Below the pieces are notes generated by a model. It saw only the letters and a program-made list of their open reading frames with translations. It had not been told where the DNA came from and made no database searches. A program made the translations under genes and the position numbers. This document shows, piece after piece, positions 27,253 through 38,003 of a DNA stretch of 38,003 nucleotides (positions are counted from its first letter, which is position 1; each line of letters opens with the position of its first letter). Source of the stretch: Limisphaerales bacterium (lineage in GTDB: Bacteria > Verrucomicrobiota > Verrucomicrobiia > Limisphaerales > SIBE01); the NCBI GenBank assembly GCA_044225505.1, contig JBGAIN010000077.1:1-38003 (forward strand), read 5' to 3'.

Positions 27253-28698
27253 TTAACGGTCGCGGCACCCGCAGATTTCCTCAATGCTGAGCCGAAGAGC
27301 TCTTACCACTGTCCCCAATTGTCCTGGGGTCATACAGTAGGGTGGCATCAAGACGATGACATTGCCCACGGGGCGAGTCAGGACGCCGCGTTTGGCCATG
27401 GCCTCGCAAACCCGAATACCAACGCGTTCGCGCAGGTCATAAGGCGCTCGGGTTCGCCAATCGCGCACCAGTTCAATTCCGGCCACGAGCCCGACACATC
27501 GAATATCCCCGACCGCGGACAAAGACCAGAGGTTGTCCAGTTCGCGGCGAAGGACCGTGGCCAATTCAGCACGCGCACGCTGCAGCCTGGCATTCCACAA
27601 GAGTTCGATGCTTGCGAGAGAGGCCGACGCGCCGAGCTGGTTACCCGTGAAACTATGACCGTGAAAGAACGTTTTGAACTCTCCATACTCGCCAAGGAAA
27701 CTAGCAAAGACGGTCGACGTCGTGAGGGTAGCGGCCATGGGAAGATAGCCGCCGGTGAGCCCCTTCGCCACGGCGAGAAAGTCGGGACTTACTCCCTCCT
27801 GCTGACAGGCGAACGTACTGCCCGTCCGTCCAAATCCCGTCATCACTTCGTCTGCGATCAACTGAGCGCCATCGGTTTGAAGGCGCTCAGCAACCTGCCT
27901 GAGCCACCCCACCGGCTGCGGGATCATGCCGGCGGCGCCTTGCATCAACGGTTCGACCACGAAAGCTGCGAGTGGGCTGCCATTTCGACGATACAGGGCA
28001 AGCTTCCTTTCGAGAGGGCGAAGGCATTCCCAACGGCACTTCCGGTATTCTCTCGCATCGGCTCGTTCCGGACGACTCCGGTTATAGGGACACCGATAGC
28101 AGTAGGGAGCTGGAATAGAATCCGATTCAAAGAGCAGGCCGGAGTAGGCTTTGTGGAACAAGTCGATGTGTCCGAGGCTGACGGCTCCTACAGTATCGCC
28201 ATGGTAAGCGCCGGCGAGAGAAAGAAACCGGGGACGGGAGCTGCGGCCAGAACGACGCGCGAACTCATACGCGAGTTTGAGGGCGACCTCCATCGCTGTT
28301 GAACCGTTATCGGAAAAGAAGACTCGCTCCAGGCGCCCCGCCCCAACCACTGGCGCGGCTGTCTTCCCTTGGGAGACGACACGAGAAGTGCTCGGATTGG
28401 CAAGCTTAATCAACTCCGCAGCCAGTTTTGAGGCAGGTTCGTTCGCCAAACCCAGTGCCGAGGAATGCGCGATTTTGCGCAACTGTTGACGAATGGCCGC
28501 ATTAATTTTCGGATGCGCGTGCCCGTGCAGGTTAGTCCAGATAGACGCGTTTGCGTCAAGATACTGTTTCCCGTGGATATCTTTGAGGATGGCGCCTTTT
28601 CCGGAAGCGATCAGTATGGGTTCCTGGCGCAACCAATCACGCATTTGAGTAAAAGGATGCCAAACGTAGCGAAGGTCCAACTCGGCGAGTTTGTGCAT
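27253..28698 (-). CDS. bioA: 7,8-diaminopelargonic acid aminotransferase (class III PLP aminotransferase)
   Basis: VWHPFTQM, WTNLHGH, VFFSDNGSTAMEVALK, YHGDT, IADEVMTGFGRTG, AKGLTGGYLP, FFHGHSFTGN, TRPVGNVIVLMPPY. Confidence 0.93.
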   Translation of the reverse strand: MHKLAELDLRYVWHPFTQMRDWLRQEPILIASGKGAILKDIHGKQYLDANASIWTNLHGHAHPKINAAIRQQLRKIAHSSALGLANEPASKLAAELIKLANPSTSRVVSQGKTAAPVVGAGRLERVFFSDNGSTAMEVALKLAYEFARRSGRSSRPRFLSLAGAYHGDTVGAVSLGHIDLFHKAYSGLLFESDSIPAPYCYRCPYNRSRPERADAREYRKCRWECLRPLERKLALYRRNGSPLAAFVVEPLMQGAAGMIPQPVGWLRQVAERLQTDGAQLIADEVMTGFGRTGSTFACQQEGVSPDFLAVAKGLTGGYLPMAATLTTSTVFASFLGEYGEFKTFFHGHSFTGNQLGASASLASIELLWNARLQRARAELATVLRRELDNLWSLSAVGDIRCVGLVAGIELVRDWRTRAPYDLRERVGIRVCEAMAKRGVLTRPVGNVIVLMPPYCMTPGQLGTVVRALRLSIEEICGCRDR

Positions 28699-28700
28699 AG

Positions 28701-29762
28701 CTAATTGTCCCCTCCATCGGTGGGCTTAGTCTGGCGCACCGTCCCAAACGCGCAAACTTCGTTCCGGTTCGCGCAGAGTCGGGTCAGGTGGAATGCGTCA
28801 CAGAGGGGAGGAAGAGCGTGTTTCAGATGTTCCAACAGCGGGTATTGACTCGTACCTTTGAACTTGAGAGTCACGACAAACCGACGAGCCCGGCGTGAGC
28901 GCACCCAGTCCAAAAGCAATTCAATACTACGCTCCGGAGCAGCGATTACGTCGCAGAGCAGCCAATCGACTTTCTCCGAAGGCACGAACTGGAACGCATC
29001 TCCAGTTTTAAAAGACATCTTCGGATGAGATAACAAGTCGGGACGGAGTGGCGCGCGATCGACAGCGTATACCCGGGCTCCGCGTTGCAGCGCTACATAG
29101 CTCCAACTACCCGGAGCGGCACCCAAATCCACACAGGTCTCCTCCGGACCAATCTTGAAACCAAGGCGTGCTTCAGCCTCGAGCAACTTGGCAAATGCTC
29201 GAGATGGAGCCGCGAGATCGCGCGCGACGGTAATTTCGCCTTTTGGAAATGGCGAGACTAAGCTCTGGAGTGCCGACGGTTGAGGCGCGGTAGCGATCGA
29301 GAGGAACGCTTGCTCTGGAGCCATGAGAAGTAATTGAACTAAAGAATGGTCGGTGCCGAACGGCACCGGGCTCGTTCGTTTGGCTTTCCATAGCCGCCGG
29401 TGCTGTCGTCGAAGGAGAACCTCGAGCGCCGCCTCAATCAAGCGGCAACGGTTATCCCCCGCGCTGCGAACAGAGTAGTGCGGGATCACATGCAGCCACC
29501 ACGGGCCGGCGTCAAGGATCCTCCCCTCCAACTCCGTCGCTAATAACTCCGCCCAGGCTTTTACACTCGCCGCTTCCCGAGCGTGAGCGTCAGGTAAGGT
29601 TTGATGAGCGAAAACGAGCAGTGGCGGCGCCTCAGACTGCAAGAGAAACTCACTCCCCACCAGTCCGGGCAATTGGACGCGATGCGCATCGCGGGGAAAC
29701 GCACGGCGAAGTTCTTGGATCAAGAACGGCTCACTCCCACGATCGCAGAGAAAGAGGTGCAT
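28701..29762 (-). CDS. rlmM: RlmM-like 23S rRNA 2'-O-methyltransferase (FtsJ/RrmJ fold)
   Basis: APSRAFAKLLEA, VDLGAAPGSWS, AVDRAPL, DWLLCDV, TLKF and NEV give the K-D-K-E tetrad in an RlmM-like arrangement; the target nucleotide is not demonstrated. Confidence 0.75.
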   Translation of the reverse strand: MHLFLCDRGSEPFLIQELRRAFPRDAHRVQLPGLVGSEFLLQSEAPPLLVFAHQTLPDAHAREAASVKAWAELLATELEGRILDAGPWWLHVIPHYSVRSAGDNRCRLIEAALEVLLRRQHRRLWKAKRTSPVPFGTDHSLVQLLLMAPEQAFLSIATAPQPSALQSLVSPFPKGEITVARDLAAPSRAFAKLLEAEARLGFKIGPEETCVDLGAAPGSWSYVALQRGARVYAVDRAPLRPDLLSHPKMSFKTGDAFQFVPSEKVDWLLCDVIAAPERSIELLLDWVRSRRARRFVVTLKFKGTSQYPLLEHLKHALPPLCDAFHLTRLCANRNEVCAFGTVRQTKPTDGGDN

Positions 29763-29827
29763 ATGGCCAAAGCAAGCGTTCCGCCATCACCGTCGATTCC
29801 TCTGAGAAACTGAGGCAACCACCAGTG

Positions 29828-29861
29828 AATGAAAGAGCCGCTCCGGTTTCCCGGAGCGGCT
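29828..29861 (-). terminator. Rho-independent terminator of ppdK
   Basis: Minus strand reads AGCCGCTCCGG-GAAA-CCGGAGCGGCT followed by CTTTCATT: 11-bp perfect stem (29836-29861) with GNRA loop, about 50 nt past the stop. Confidence 0.8.
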
Positions 29862-29911
29862 TCAAGAGTAACTGCCTTTAAGAAAGGCAGCGCTTCCATT
29901 GGATACGGTCT

Positions 29912-32656
<2,745 letters not shown>

Positions 32657-32722
32657 AAGCTCTGTATTCAGTGTCTTCGGTTGCTGGATTTTGTTGGGAG
32701 AATCCGCGAACCCGAAGTCGCG

Positions 32723-32750
32723 AATTTAACAGAGGTCGGGGGGGTGTCAA
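32723..32750 (-). promoter_or_regulatory. sigma70 promoter of ppdK
   Basis: Minus strand TTGACA (32750-32745), 16-nt spacer ending in TGn, TAAATT (32728-32723): an extended -10. Confidence 0.65.
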
Positions 32751-32970
32751 CGGTTTGTTACCCCCCGTAATTGGCGAAAATTAAGCAAATTTTGGCCTAT
32801 TTTGGCGCTTTTTCGTGCCGCTGAACCGTGCGTAAGGCTCACCTGCCCGAATGCCTCAATGCTTCTCCCTTACCTAATTGGAAGTCTATTCCTTTAACGT
32901 CAATTCTCGATTTTCTCCCGAATCCAGTTGGCAAATCCAGGACCTACGGTAGCGTTTACCCGCAGATCCC

Positions 32971-35900
32971 ATGAAGTTCGTCCGCCTAACCCTCGCGCTT
33001 TGGTGCGCATGTCGATGGATCGTGAGCGCCGCCGAGCCGACGCCAGATGCAGCCTCGAGTCCGATGCCGCCGCAAGTCGTCATGGTCGTTCCGGCGCCTG
33101 GATTATCGGTGCGTGAGTTGTTCACTCTCGAAATTCAGTTCGAAGCACCTGCACGGGGTGTAGACGCGGCCGATCTCCTCGTTAATGGAGCACCCGCCAC
33201 GAACGTAACCGAAGTGGCGGCGGGACAGTTCCTTTTCAGCTTTCCCCAACCGCCCGAAGGCGAGGTTTTGATCACATGGAAGCGAGACCATGGCATCACG
33301 GACGAAACGGCGACGCTTCCATTTGACGCACCGACTTGGAGCTACTCCCTGGACATCACCTCGCCGGCACCCGACGTGCAGATTACGGAGTTCATGGCCG
33401 ACAACCGTTCTGGATTACATGACGAGGATGGGGACAACTCCGATTGGATCGAGCTCTTCAACGGAGGCGAAACTCCCATCGCGCTGGACGGCTGGTATCT
33501 CACCGACGACGCCAGCAGCCCGACCAAGTGGCGTTTCCCCAACGTGACGCTGAGTGCGCGCGAGTATCTGATCGTCTTCGCTTCGGAAAAGAATCGCACC
33601 AACGTCCCTGGGCGTCTGCACACGAACTTCAAACTTTCGGCCAACGGCGAATACCTGGCTTTGGTGGCGCCGAACACGAATATCCTCTCCGCGTTCGGGC
33701 CAAGCTATCCGCCCCAGAGGACCGATGTCTCGTACGGTCGCGTGGCGGGCACGACCGATGCGGTGGGCTATTTTGTCCGTCCAACGCCTGGCGCCCGCAA
33801 CGCGGATGGAGGACCGGGATTTGCTCCACCGGTGCAATTTTCCGAGAGCAGCCGATCCATCGTGGATCCGCTCCTATTAACGCTCTCCGCCGGGAGCAAC
33901 GAGGCGATCGTGCGCTATACCCTCGACGGAACCATGCCGACGAATACGTCGAGCTTATATCAGGCGCCCATTCCGATCACCACGAGCCTTCAGGTGCGGG
34001 CACGGGCCTTCCAGAACGGCCTGCTGCCAGGCCCCCCGCGGAGCGAGACTTTCCTGCTGTTAAGCAACAACGTCGTTAACTTCAGCTCTGATCTTCCCGT
34101 GGTGGTGATTCACAGTTTGGGGAAAGGCGCTCCGACCGCCAGTCGACAGAACTTTGCGCAGATCACGGTTTTTGAGCCGGTCGCTGGGCTTGCCTCGTTA
34201 ACGAATCCGCCAGCTCTCGCGACTCGTTCCGGGATTAAGCTGCGGGGCTCCAGCACCGAAGGTTTAACCAAGAGCAGCTTTGCCGTCGAGTTCTGGGACG
34301 AGTTCAATGCGGATACCAAGCGCTCGATTTTAGGCTTGCCGGAAGATTCCGACTGGGTGCTATACGCTCCGAACATTTATGACCCAGTCCTGATTCACAA
34401 TCCGTTTATCCATCAGTTGAGCCGAGACATGGGGCGCTATTCCTCTCGCACGCGATTTGTCGAGGTCTATTTGAATCGCGGGAATGGGCCGATCACGGCT
34501 GCCAACTACAATGGGATCTATGTGCTGGAAGAGAAGATCAAGATCGCCCCGCACCGGGTGGCGATCGATGCCCTGGAACCGGAGAACCTGACTGCTCCCG
34601 ACGTGACGGGCGGGTACTTGCTTAAAATTGACCGGCTGGATCCAGGCGACAGCGGCTTCTCCGCAGCGGGCCAAACGGTTGCCTATGTTGATCCGAAGGA
34701 ACGCGAGCTCGAACTACCTCAGCGGGATCCTCAAGAGCAGTACATCAAGACCTACATGGGTAATTTCGCACGTGCCCTCAATAGTGCGAGCTGGCTCGAT
34801 CCCAATACCGGTTACGCGGCCTATATCGACGTCGACGCCTGGATTGATTTCCACGTCTTGGAACTGCTCAGCGGCAACGTGGACGCCATCGTCCTCAGCA
34901 CTTACTTCCATAAACCGCGCGGCGGCAAGATTGTTTTCGGGCCCCATTGGGACTTTGATCGCGCCCTCGGCTCTACCGATGGGCGAGACGCCAACCCGCG
35001 CTCGTGGACGACCGGACAGTTCTTTGCCAGTTGGTGGGGACGCCTTTTTCGCGATCCAAACTTCTGGCAGAAGTGGATCGATCGTTACCAAGAGCTGCGC
35101 CAGTCGCATTTCTCGCAGACCAACATGAATCGACTCATCGATCAACTCGCGGATGAGGTGCGCTTAGCCCAACCGCGCGAGCGACAAAAATGGCGAGTCA
35201 GTCCCCGCGGCGGCAGTTATCAGAGTGAAGTGAATCTGATGAAGAACTGGCTCTCGAATCGAACCACGTTCATCGATCGCCAGTTGGTCATTCCGCCATC
35301 GCTGAAGGCACCGTCCGGTCGCGTCACACCCGGGTTCCTCCTGCCAATGGCCGGACCAACCAATGCCGTGATCCTTTACACGTTAGATGGTTCAGACCCT
35401 CGCCTTTCGGGAGGAGGGATTTCCCCCGTCGCACGCGTTTATAACGGTCCCTTGGAAATCCAAGAGAATGTTCGCGTGGTCGCCCGCGCGCGCAACGTGA
35501 ACCAACGCCAGGCGGGCGGACCTCCAATCTCCAGCCCATGGTCCGGACCCGTCGCCGCAACTTACACGGTATCCCCCCCTGCCCTGCGGCTCACGGAGAT
35601 CATGTTCCACCCGGCCCCACCGCCCGTGGGCAGCACCAATGCACCGTCCGATTTTGAGTTCCTTGAGTTCATGAACGTTAGCGCCGCACCCGTCGAACTC
35701 TCAGGGTATCGTTTGGTTGGGGAGGTACAATTCACTTTTGCGTCGGGTCAACCGGTCTCTCGACTCGGCCCCGGTGAGCGCGTGCTGATAGTGAGGAACA
35801 GGCTGGCCTTTGAAGCCCGCTATCCGGGCGTGGCCAACGTTGCGGGGGAGTTTCAAGGCACGCTAGACAACGGCGGGCAACAACTGACCTGCACGGGCCC

Positions 35901-37419
35901 GTTGCAGGAGCCGATTTTCGATTTTCGATACCGCGATTCGTGGCACCCGCTCGCTGATGGATTCGGCTTTTCGCTCGTCCTGGTGCAGGAATCAAGCCCT
36001 TCCATCGACATGAGCGTTCCGGCCAACTGGCGGCTGAGCGCCCGCGAGGGCGGGTCGCCAGGAAAAACTGACCCCGACCCAACCCCCGTTCCCCACGTGG
36101 TTGTCAACGAGCTTCTCGCCAACCCTATTCCCCCTGAAAATGATGATGTCGAGTTCTACAACCCAACCTCCTCCCTGGGGAACATCTCAGGTTGGTTTCT
36201 GACCGACGACTTCCACGATCCGAGAAGGTTTCGACTCCCTGACGGGAGTGTGGTGCCCGCGCTTGGTTATGCTCGACTCAGCGCCTTGGCCGGAAACCAG
36301 CGGCCTTTCTCGTTCAGTAAATTCGGCGAACAGATCTATCTTTTTTCGGCGGATGCAGCAGGCAACCTTACAGGGTGGCATCACGGGTTCCAGTTCCAAG
36401 CCGCAGAACCCGGAATTAGTTTTGGACGCGTGCTGACGAGCACCGGCAAGGAACTCTTTCTCCCGGATCAAGCCGCCACGCTTGGCGCTCCGAATTCAAC
36501 AACCCGGGAAAGTGCCGTCATTATTTCGGAAATCATGTTTGCGCCGGATGCAAGCGCGGACCTTCGGACCCATGAAGCCGAATACGTGGAGATTGCTAAC
36601 GTCAGCAGCAATCCCGTTTCGTTGTTCGATCCNNNNNNNNNCGAGTTCGATTTTCCGCCGGGACTCTTCCTCGCCCCAGGCGCATTCAAAGTACTGGTCG
36701 GTTTCGATCCCGAGAAAGATCCGGCCGCGCTCATCCGGTTTCGGTCACGGTATGGAGATAACGCCACAGCCAGCTTGCTGGGCCCTTGGCAAGGACATTT
36801 GGGGAACCGCTCGGACCACATACAGCTCCTGCGGCCACTCCCAGGTTCCGCAACGACCTCGCCGACCTCCAGCAGCAATACTCCCCATAGCGTTGTTGAA
36901 GATGTCGTCTATTCGGCTGACGCCCCGTGGCCAGCCATCGCTCCGGGCTCCGGACTCGCGCTGCTAAGGACCGAACCGCCCGGAATCGCCGATGACCCGC
37001 AGCACTGGGCTTCAGCCCTTCCCAGCCCTGGAGATTCCGACACAGACGGCGACGGACTCCCAGATGCCTGGGAGATGCGCTACGGTCTGAACCCGCATTC
37101 GGTTCTAGGAGTAGACGGGCCAGAAGGCGACCCCGATAACGACGGCTTCGACAATCAACTAGAGTTCCTCAGTGGGACAAGCCCGCGAAATCCCAACAGT
37201 TATCTAAAATTCTCGCCCCTGCAGCGCACCAGTGGCACGACCCAGCTCACGTTTCGGACCGTTCCGCAACGGAGCTATACGATTGAGTATCGCGACACGC
37301 TATCCAGTGGGGCTTGGAGGCCTTTGCAGAGGATTTCGTCAAGCAGCGAGGCTGCAGAAATTCGGGTCACCGATGTCTTCTCGGGCACTCAGCGCTTTTA
37401 CCGTCTCACCACCCCATAG
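32971..37419 (+). CDS. Large secreted protein: Ig-like, lamin-tail domains, Fn3-associated/CHB_HEX_C, CotH-like kinase, DxDxDG Ca-binding repeats, C-terminal beta domain; spans an assembly gap
   Basis: Signal peptide; LTD motifs ITEFMADN...DWIELFN, LTEIMFHP, VNELLAN, ISEIMF; YTLDG motifs; CotH-like IKLRGSS, DWVL, YNGIYVLEEKIK, GPHWDFDRALG; DTDGDGLPDAWE and DPDNDG; ends FYRLTTP. Confidence 0.85.
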   Translation: MKFVRLTLALWCACRWIVSAAEPTPDAASSPMPPQVVMVVPAPGLSVRELFTLEIQFEAPARGVDAADLLVNGAPATNVTEVAAGQFLFSFPQPPEGEVLITWKRDHGITDETATLPFDAPTWSYSLDITSPAPDVQITEFMADNRSGLHDEDGDNSDWIELFNGGETPIALDGWYLTDDASSPTKWRFPNVTLSAREYLIVFASEKNRTNVPGRLHTNFKLSANGEYLALVAPNTNILSAFGPSYPPQRTDVSYGRVAGTTDAVGYFVRPTPGARNADGGPGFAPPVQFSESSRSIVDPLLLTLSAGSNEAIVRYTLDGTMPTNTSSLYQAPIPITTSLQVRARAFQNGLLPGPPRSETFLLLSNNVVNFSSDLPVVVIHSLGKGAPTASRQNFAQITVFEPVAGLASLTNPPALATRSGIKLRGSSTEGLTKSSFAVEFWDEFNADTKRSILGLPEDSDWVLYAPNIYDPVLIHNPFIHQLSRDMGRYSSRTRFVEVYLNRGNGPITAANYNGIYVLEEKIKIAPHRVAIDALEPENLTAPDVTGGYLLKIDRLDPGDSGFSAAGQTVAYVDPKERELELPQRDPQEQYIKTYMGNFARALNSASWLDPNTGYAAYIDVDAWIDFHVLELLSGNVDAIVLSTYFHKPRGGKIVFGPHWDFDRALGSTDGRDANPRSWTTGQFFASWWGRLFRDPNFWQKWIDRYQELRQSHFSQTNMNRLIDQLADEVRLAQPRERQKWRVSPRGGSYQSEVNLMKNWLSNRTTFIDRQLVIPPSLKAPSGRVTPGFLLPMAGPTNAVILYTLDGSDPRLSGGGISPVARVYNGPLEIQENVRVVARARNVNQRQAGGPPISSPWSGPVAATYTVSPPALRLTEIMFHPAPPPVGSTNAPSDFEFLEFMNVSAAPVELSGYRLVGEVQFTFASGQPVSRLGPGERVLIVRNRLAFEARYPGVANVAGEFQGTLDNGGQQLTCTGPLQEPIFDFRYRDSWHPLADGFGFSLVLVQESSPSIDMSVPANWRLSAREGGSPGKTDPDPTPVPHVVVNELLANPIPPENDDVEFYNPTSSLGNISGWFLTDDFHDPRRFRLPDGSVVPALGYARLSALAGNQRPFSFSKFGEQIYLFSADAAGNLTGWHHGFQFQAAEPGISFGRVLTSTGKELFLPDQAATLGAPNSTTRESAVIISEIMFAPDASADLRTHEAEYVEIANVSSNPVSLFDXXXXEFDFPPGLFLAPGAFKVLVGFDPEKDPAALIRFRSRYGDNATASLLGPWQGHLGNRSDHIQLLRPLPGSATTSPTSSSNTPHSVVEDVVYSADAPWPAIAPGSGLALLRTEPPGIADDPQHWASALPSPGDSDTDGDGLPDAWEMRYGLNPHSVLGVDGPEGDPDNDGFDNQLEFLSGTSPRNPNSYLKFSPLQRTSGTTQLTFRTVPQRSYTIEYRDTLSSGAWRPLQRISSSSEAAEIRVTDVFSGTQRFYRLTTP
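36633..36641. other. Assembly gap (9 N)
   Basis: Run of n characters in the sequence. Confidence 1.
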
Positions 37420-37594
37420 CCCGCCGGGAGTATTTCCACTTTAACCGACCTGGCCTGGGACGAGGTGGGCGACCAATTCGTCGAGCTGCCGATCTGGCTT
37501 CGATCACCGTTCTATCAAACGACGATCCAGATCAACCGCGGACCGAATTGTGGTCGACCCCTCACCAAAACCTGATCATCGCGACAACAAAACT

Positions 37595-37671
37595 TGATCG
37601 AACGCTGATCGAACGCTGATCGAACGCTGATCGAACGCTGATCGAGACCTGATCGAGACCTGATCGGCTGG
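37595..37671. repeat. 11-bp tandem repeat, with degenerate in-phase copies extending upstream to about 37529
   Basis: TGATCGAACGC x4 (37595-37638), TGATCGAGACC x2 (37639-37660), TGATCGGCTGG (37661-37671). Confidence 0.95.
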
Positions 37672-37844
37672 TGACATACTGATCATAAGCAAATGCCTGG
37701 CAAGGACTGGTCAGTTCCAGTGCTTCACTCTCCGACGGGAAGCGCTAGCCTAAGTTCCCGAACATTTCGAGCGAAACATCAACTTTGTTGGGGTTTTGGC
37801 AAATAGTGTAGCAAGTAATATATTGATACGGACCGTAATTGTCT

Positions 37845-37873
37845 TTGACATAGCTGAATACGATGTCTACTCT
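37845..37873 (+). promoter_or_regulatory. sigma70 promoter of the transposase (probably leaderless transcript)
   Basis: TTGACA (37845-37850), 17-nt spacer, TACTCT (37868-37873); GTG at 37881, 7 nt after the -10. Confidence 0.7.
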
Positions 37874-37880
37874 GTAGCCC

Positions 37881-38003
37881 GTGTTCGTCCAAGCCACGAC
37901 TTCATCGCGCAAGAACGGCAAAACCTATGTCTCTTACCTAGTCCGGGAGTCCTTCCGCACCCCGGATGGCCCTCGCTCCCGCACGATCTGCAACATCACC
38001 GAT
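37881..38003 (+). CDS. IS1634-family transposase, N-terminal 41 codons (3'-truncated; not in the ORF track)
   Basis: (M)FVQATTSSRKNGKTYVSYLVRESFRTPDGPRSRTICNITD fits the IS1634 N-terminal pattern MF...GKTY..YL.RES.R..G...RT..NL. Confidence 0.75.
   Translation, partial: MFVQATTSSRKNGKTYVSYLVRESFRTPDGPRSRTICNITD

Larger units (their letters stand above)
37749..38003 (+). mobile_element. Left end of an IS1634-family-like insertion sequence (truncated by the window; left boundary approximate)
   Basis: AT-rich leader, own promoter and a transposase-like N-terminus. The boundary at CCTAAGTTCCCG is a guess because the right inverted repeat is outside the window. Confidence 0.6.

Noticed and set aside
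27220..28302. 360-aa plus-strand ORF opposite bioA
   Set aside because: Antisense shadow with no protein-family signal.
37314..37619. 101-aa ORF running into the tandem repeat
   Set aside because: Overlaps the end of the LTD/CotH gene out of frame, and the repeat period is not a multiple of three.
37595..37671. Repeat array as a possible CRISPR
   Set aside because: Units are 11 bp and contiguous with no unique spacers; no cas genes in the window.

Overview
Ordinary bacterial chromosomal segment, GC-rich and gene-dense. The gene content suggests Verrucomicrobiota (Pedosphaera/Limisphaerales-like; this is an inference): DUF1080 proteins, Tat-exported Gfo/Idh/MocA and NIPSNAP proteins, a DUF4190/pilin-like fusion, a lamin-tail/CotH protein, and starts mostly without Shine-Dalgarno motifs. 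Gene order: GH57 branching enzyme (5'-truncated), rsgA, LysM-amidase, a MATE transporter split by a 1-bp frameshift, a GYF_2-like membrane protein, smc, Gfo/Idh/MocA + DUF1080, a hypothetical, stand-alone infA, tamB-tamA-like pair, DUF1080, NIPSNAP, folB, an unknown membrane protein, DUF4190-pilin-like protein, GH116, bioA, rlmM-like methyltransferase, ppdK, a large LTD/CotH protein containing an N-gap, and the left end of an IS1634-like element. I saw no tRNA, rRNA or CRISPR array. The two signals least explained by the genes are non-coding and both have an 11-bp period: (i) a mirror-symmetric 4+4 array at 13494-13588 between infA and tamB, resembling OmpR/PhoB-family boxes, and (ii) a GATC-rich tandem array at about 37490-37684 beside the IS. 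I cannot show that either is a new system; both are testable hypotheses.
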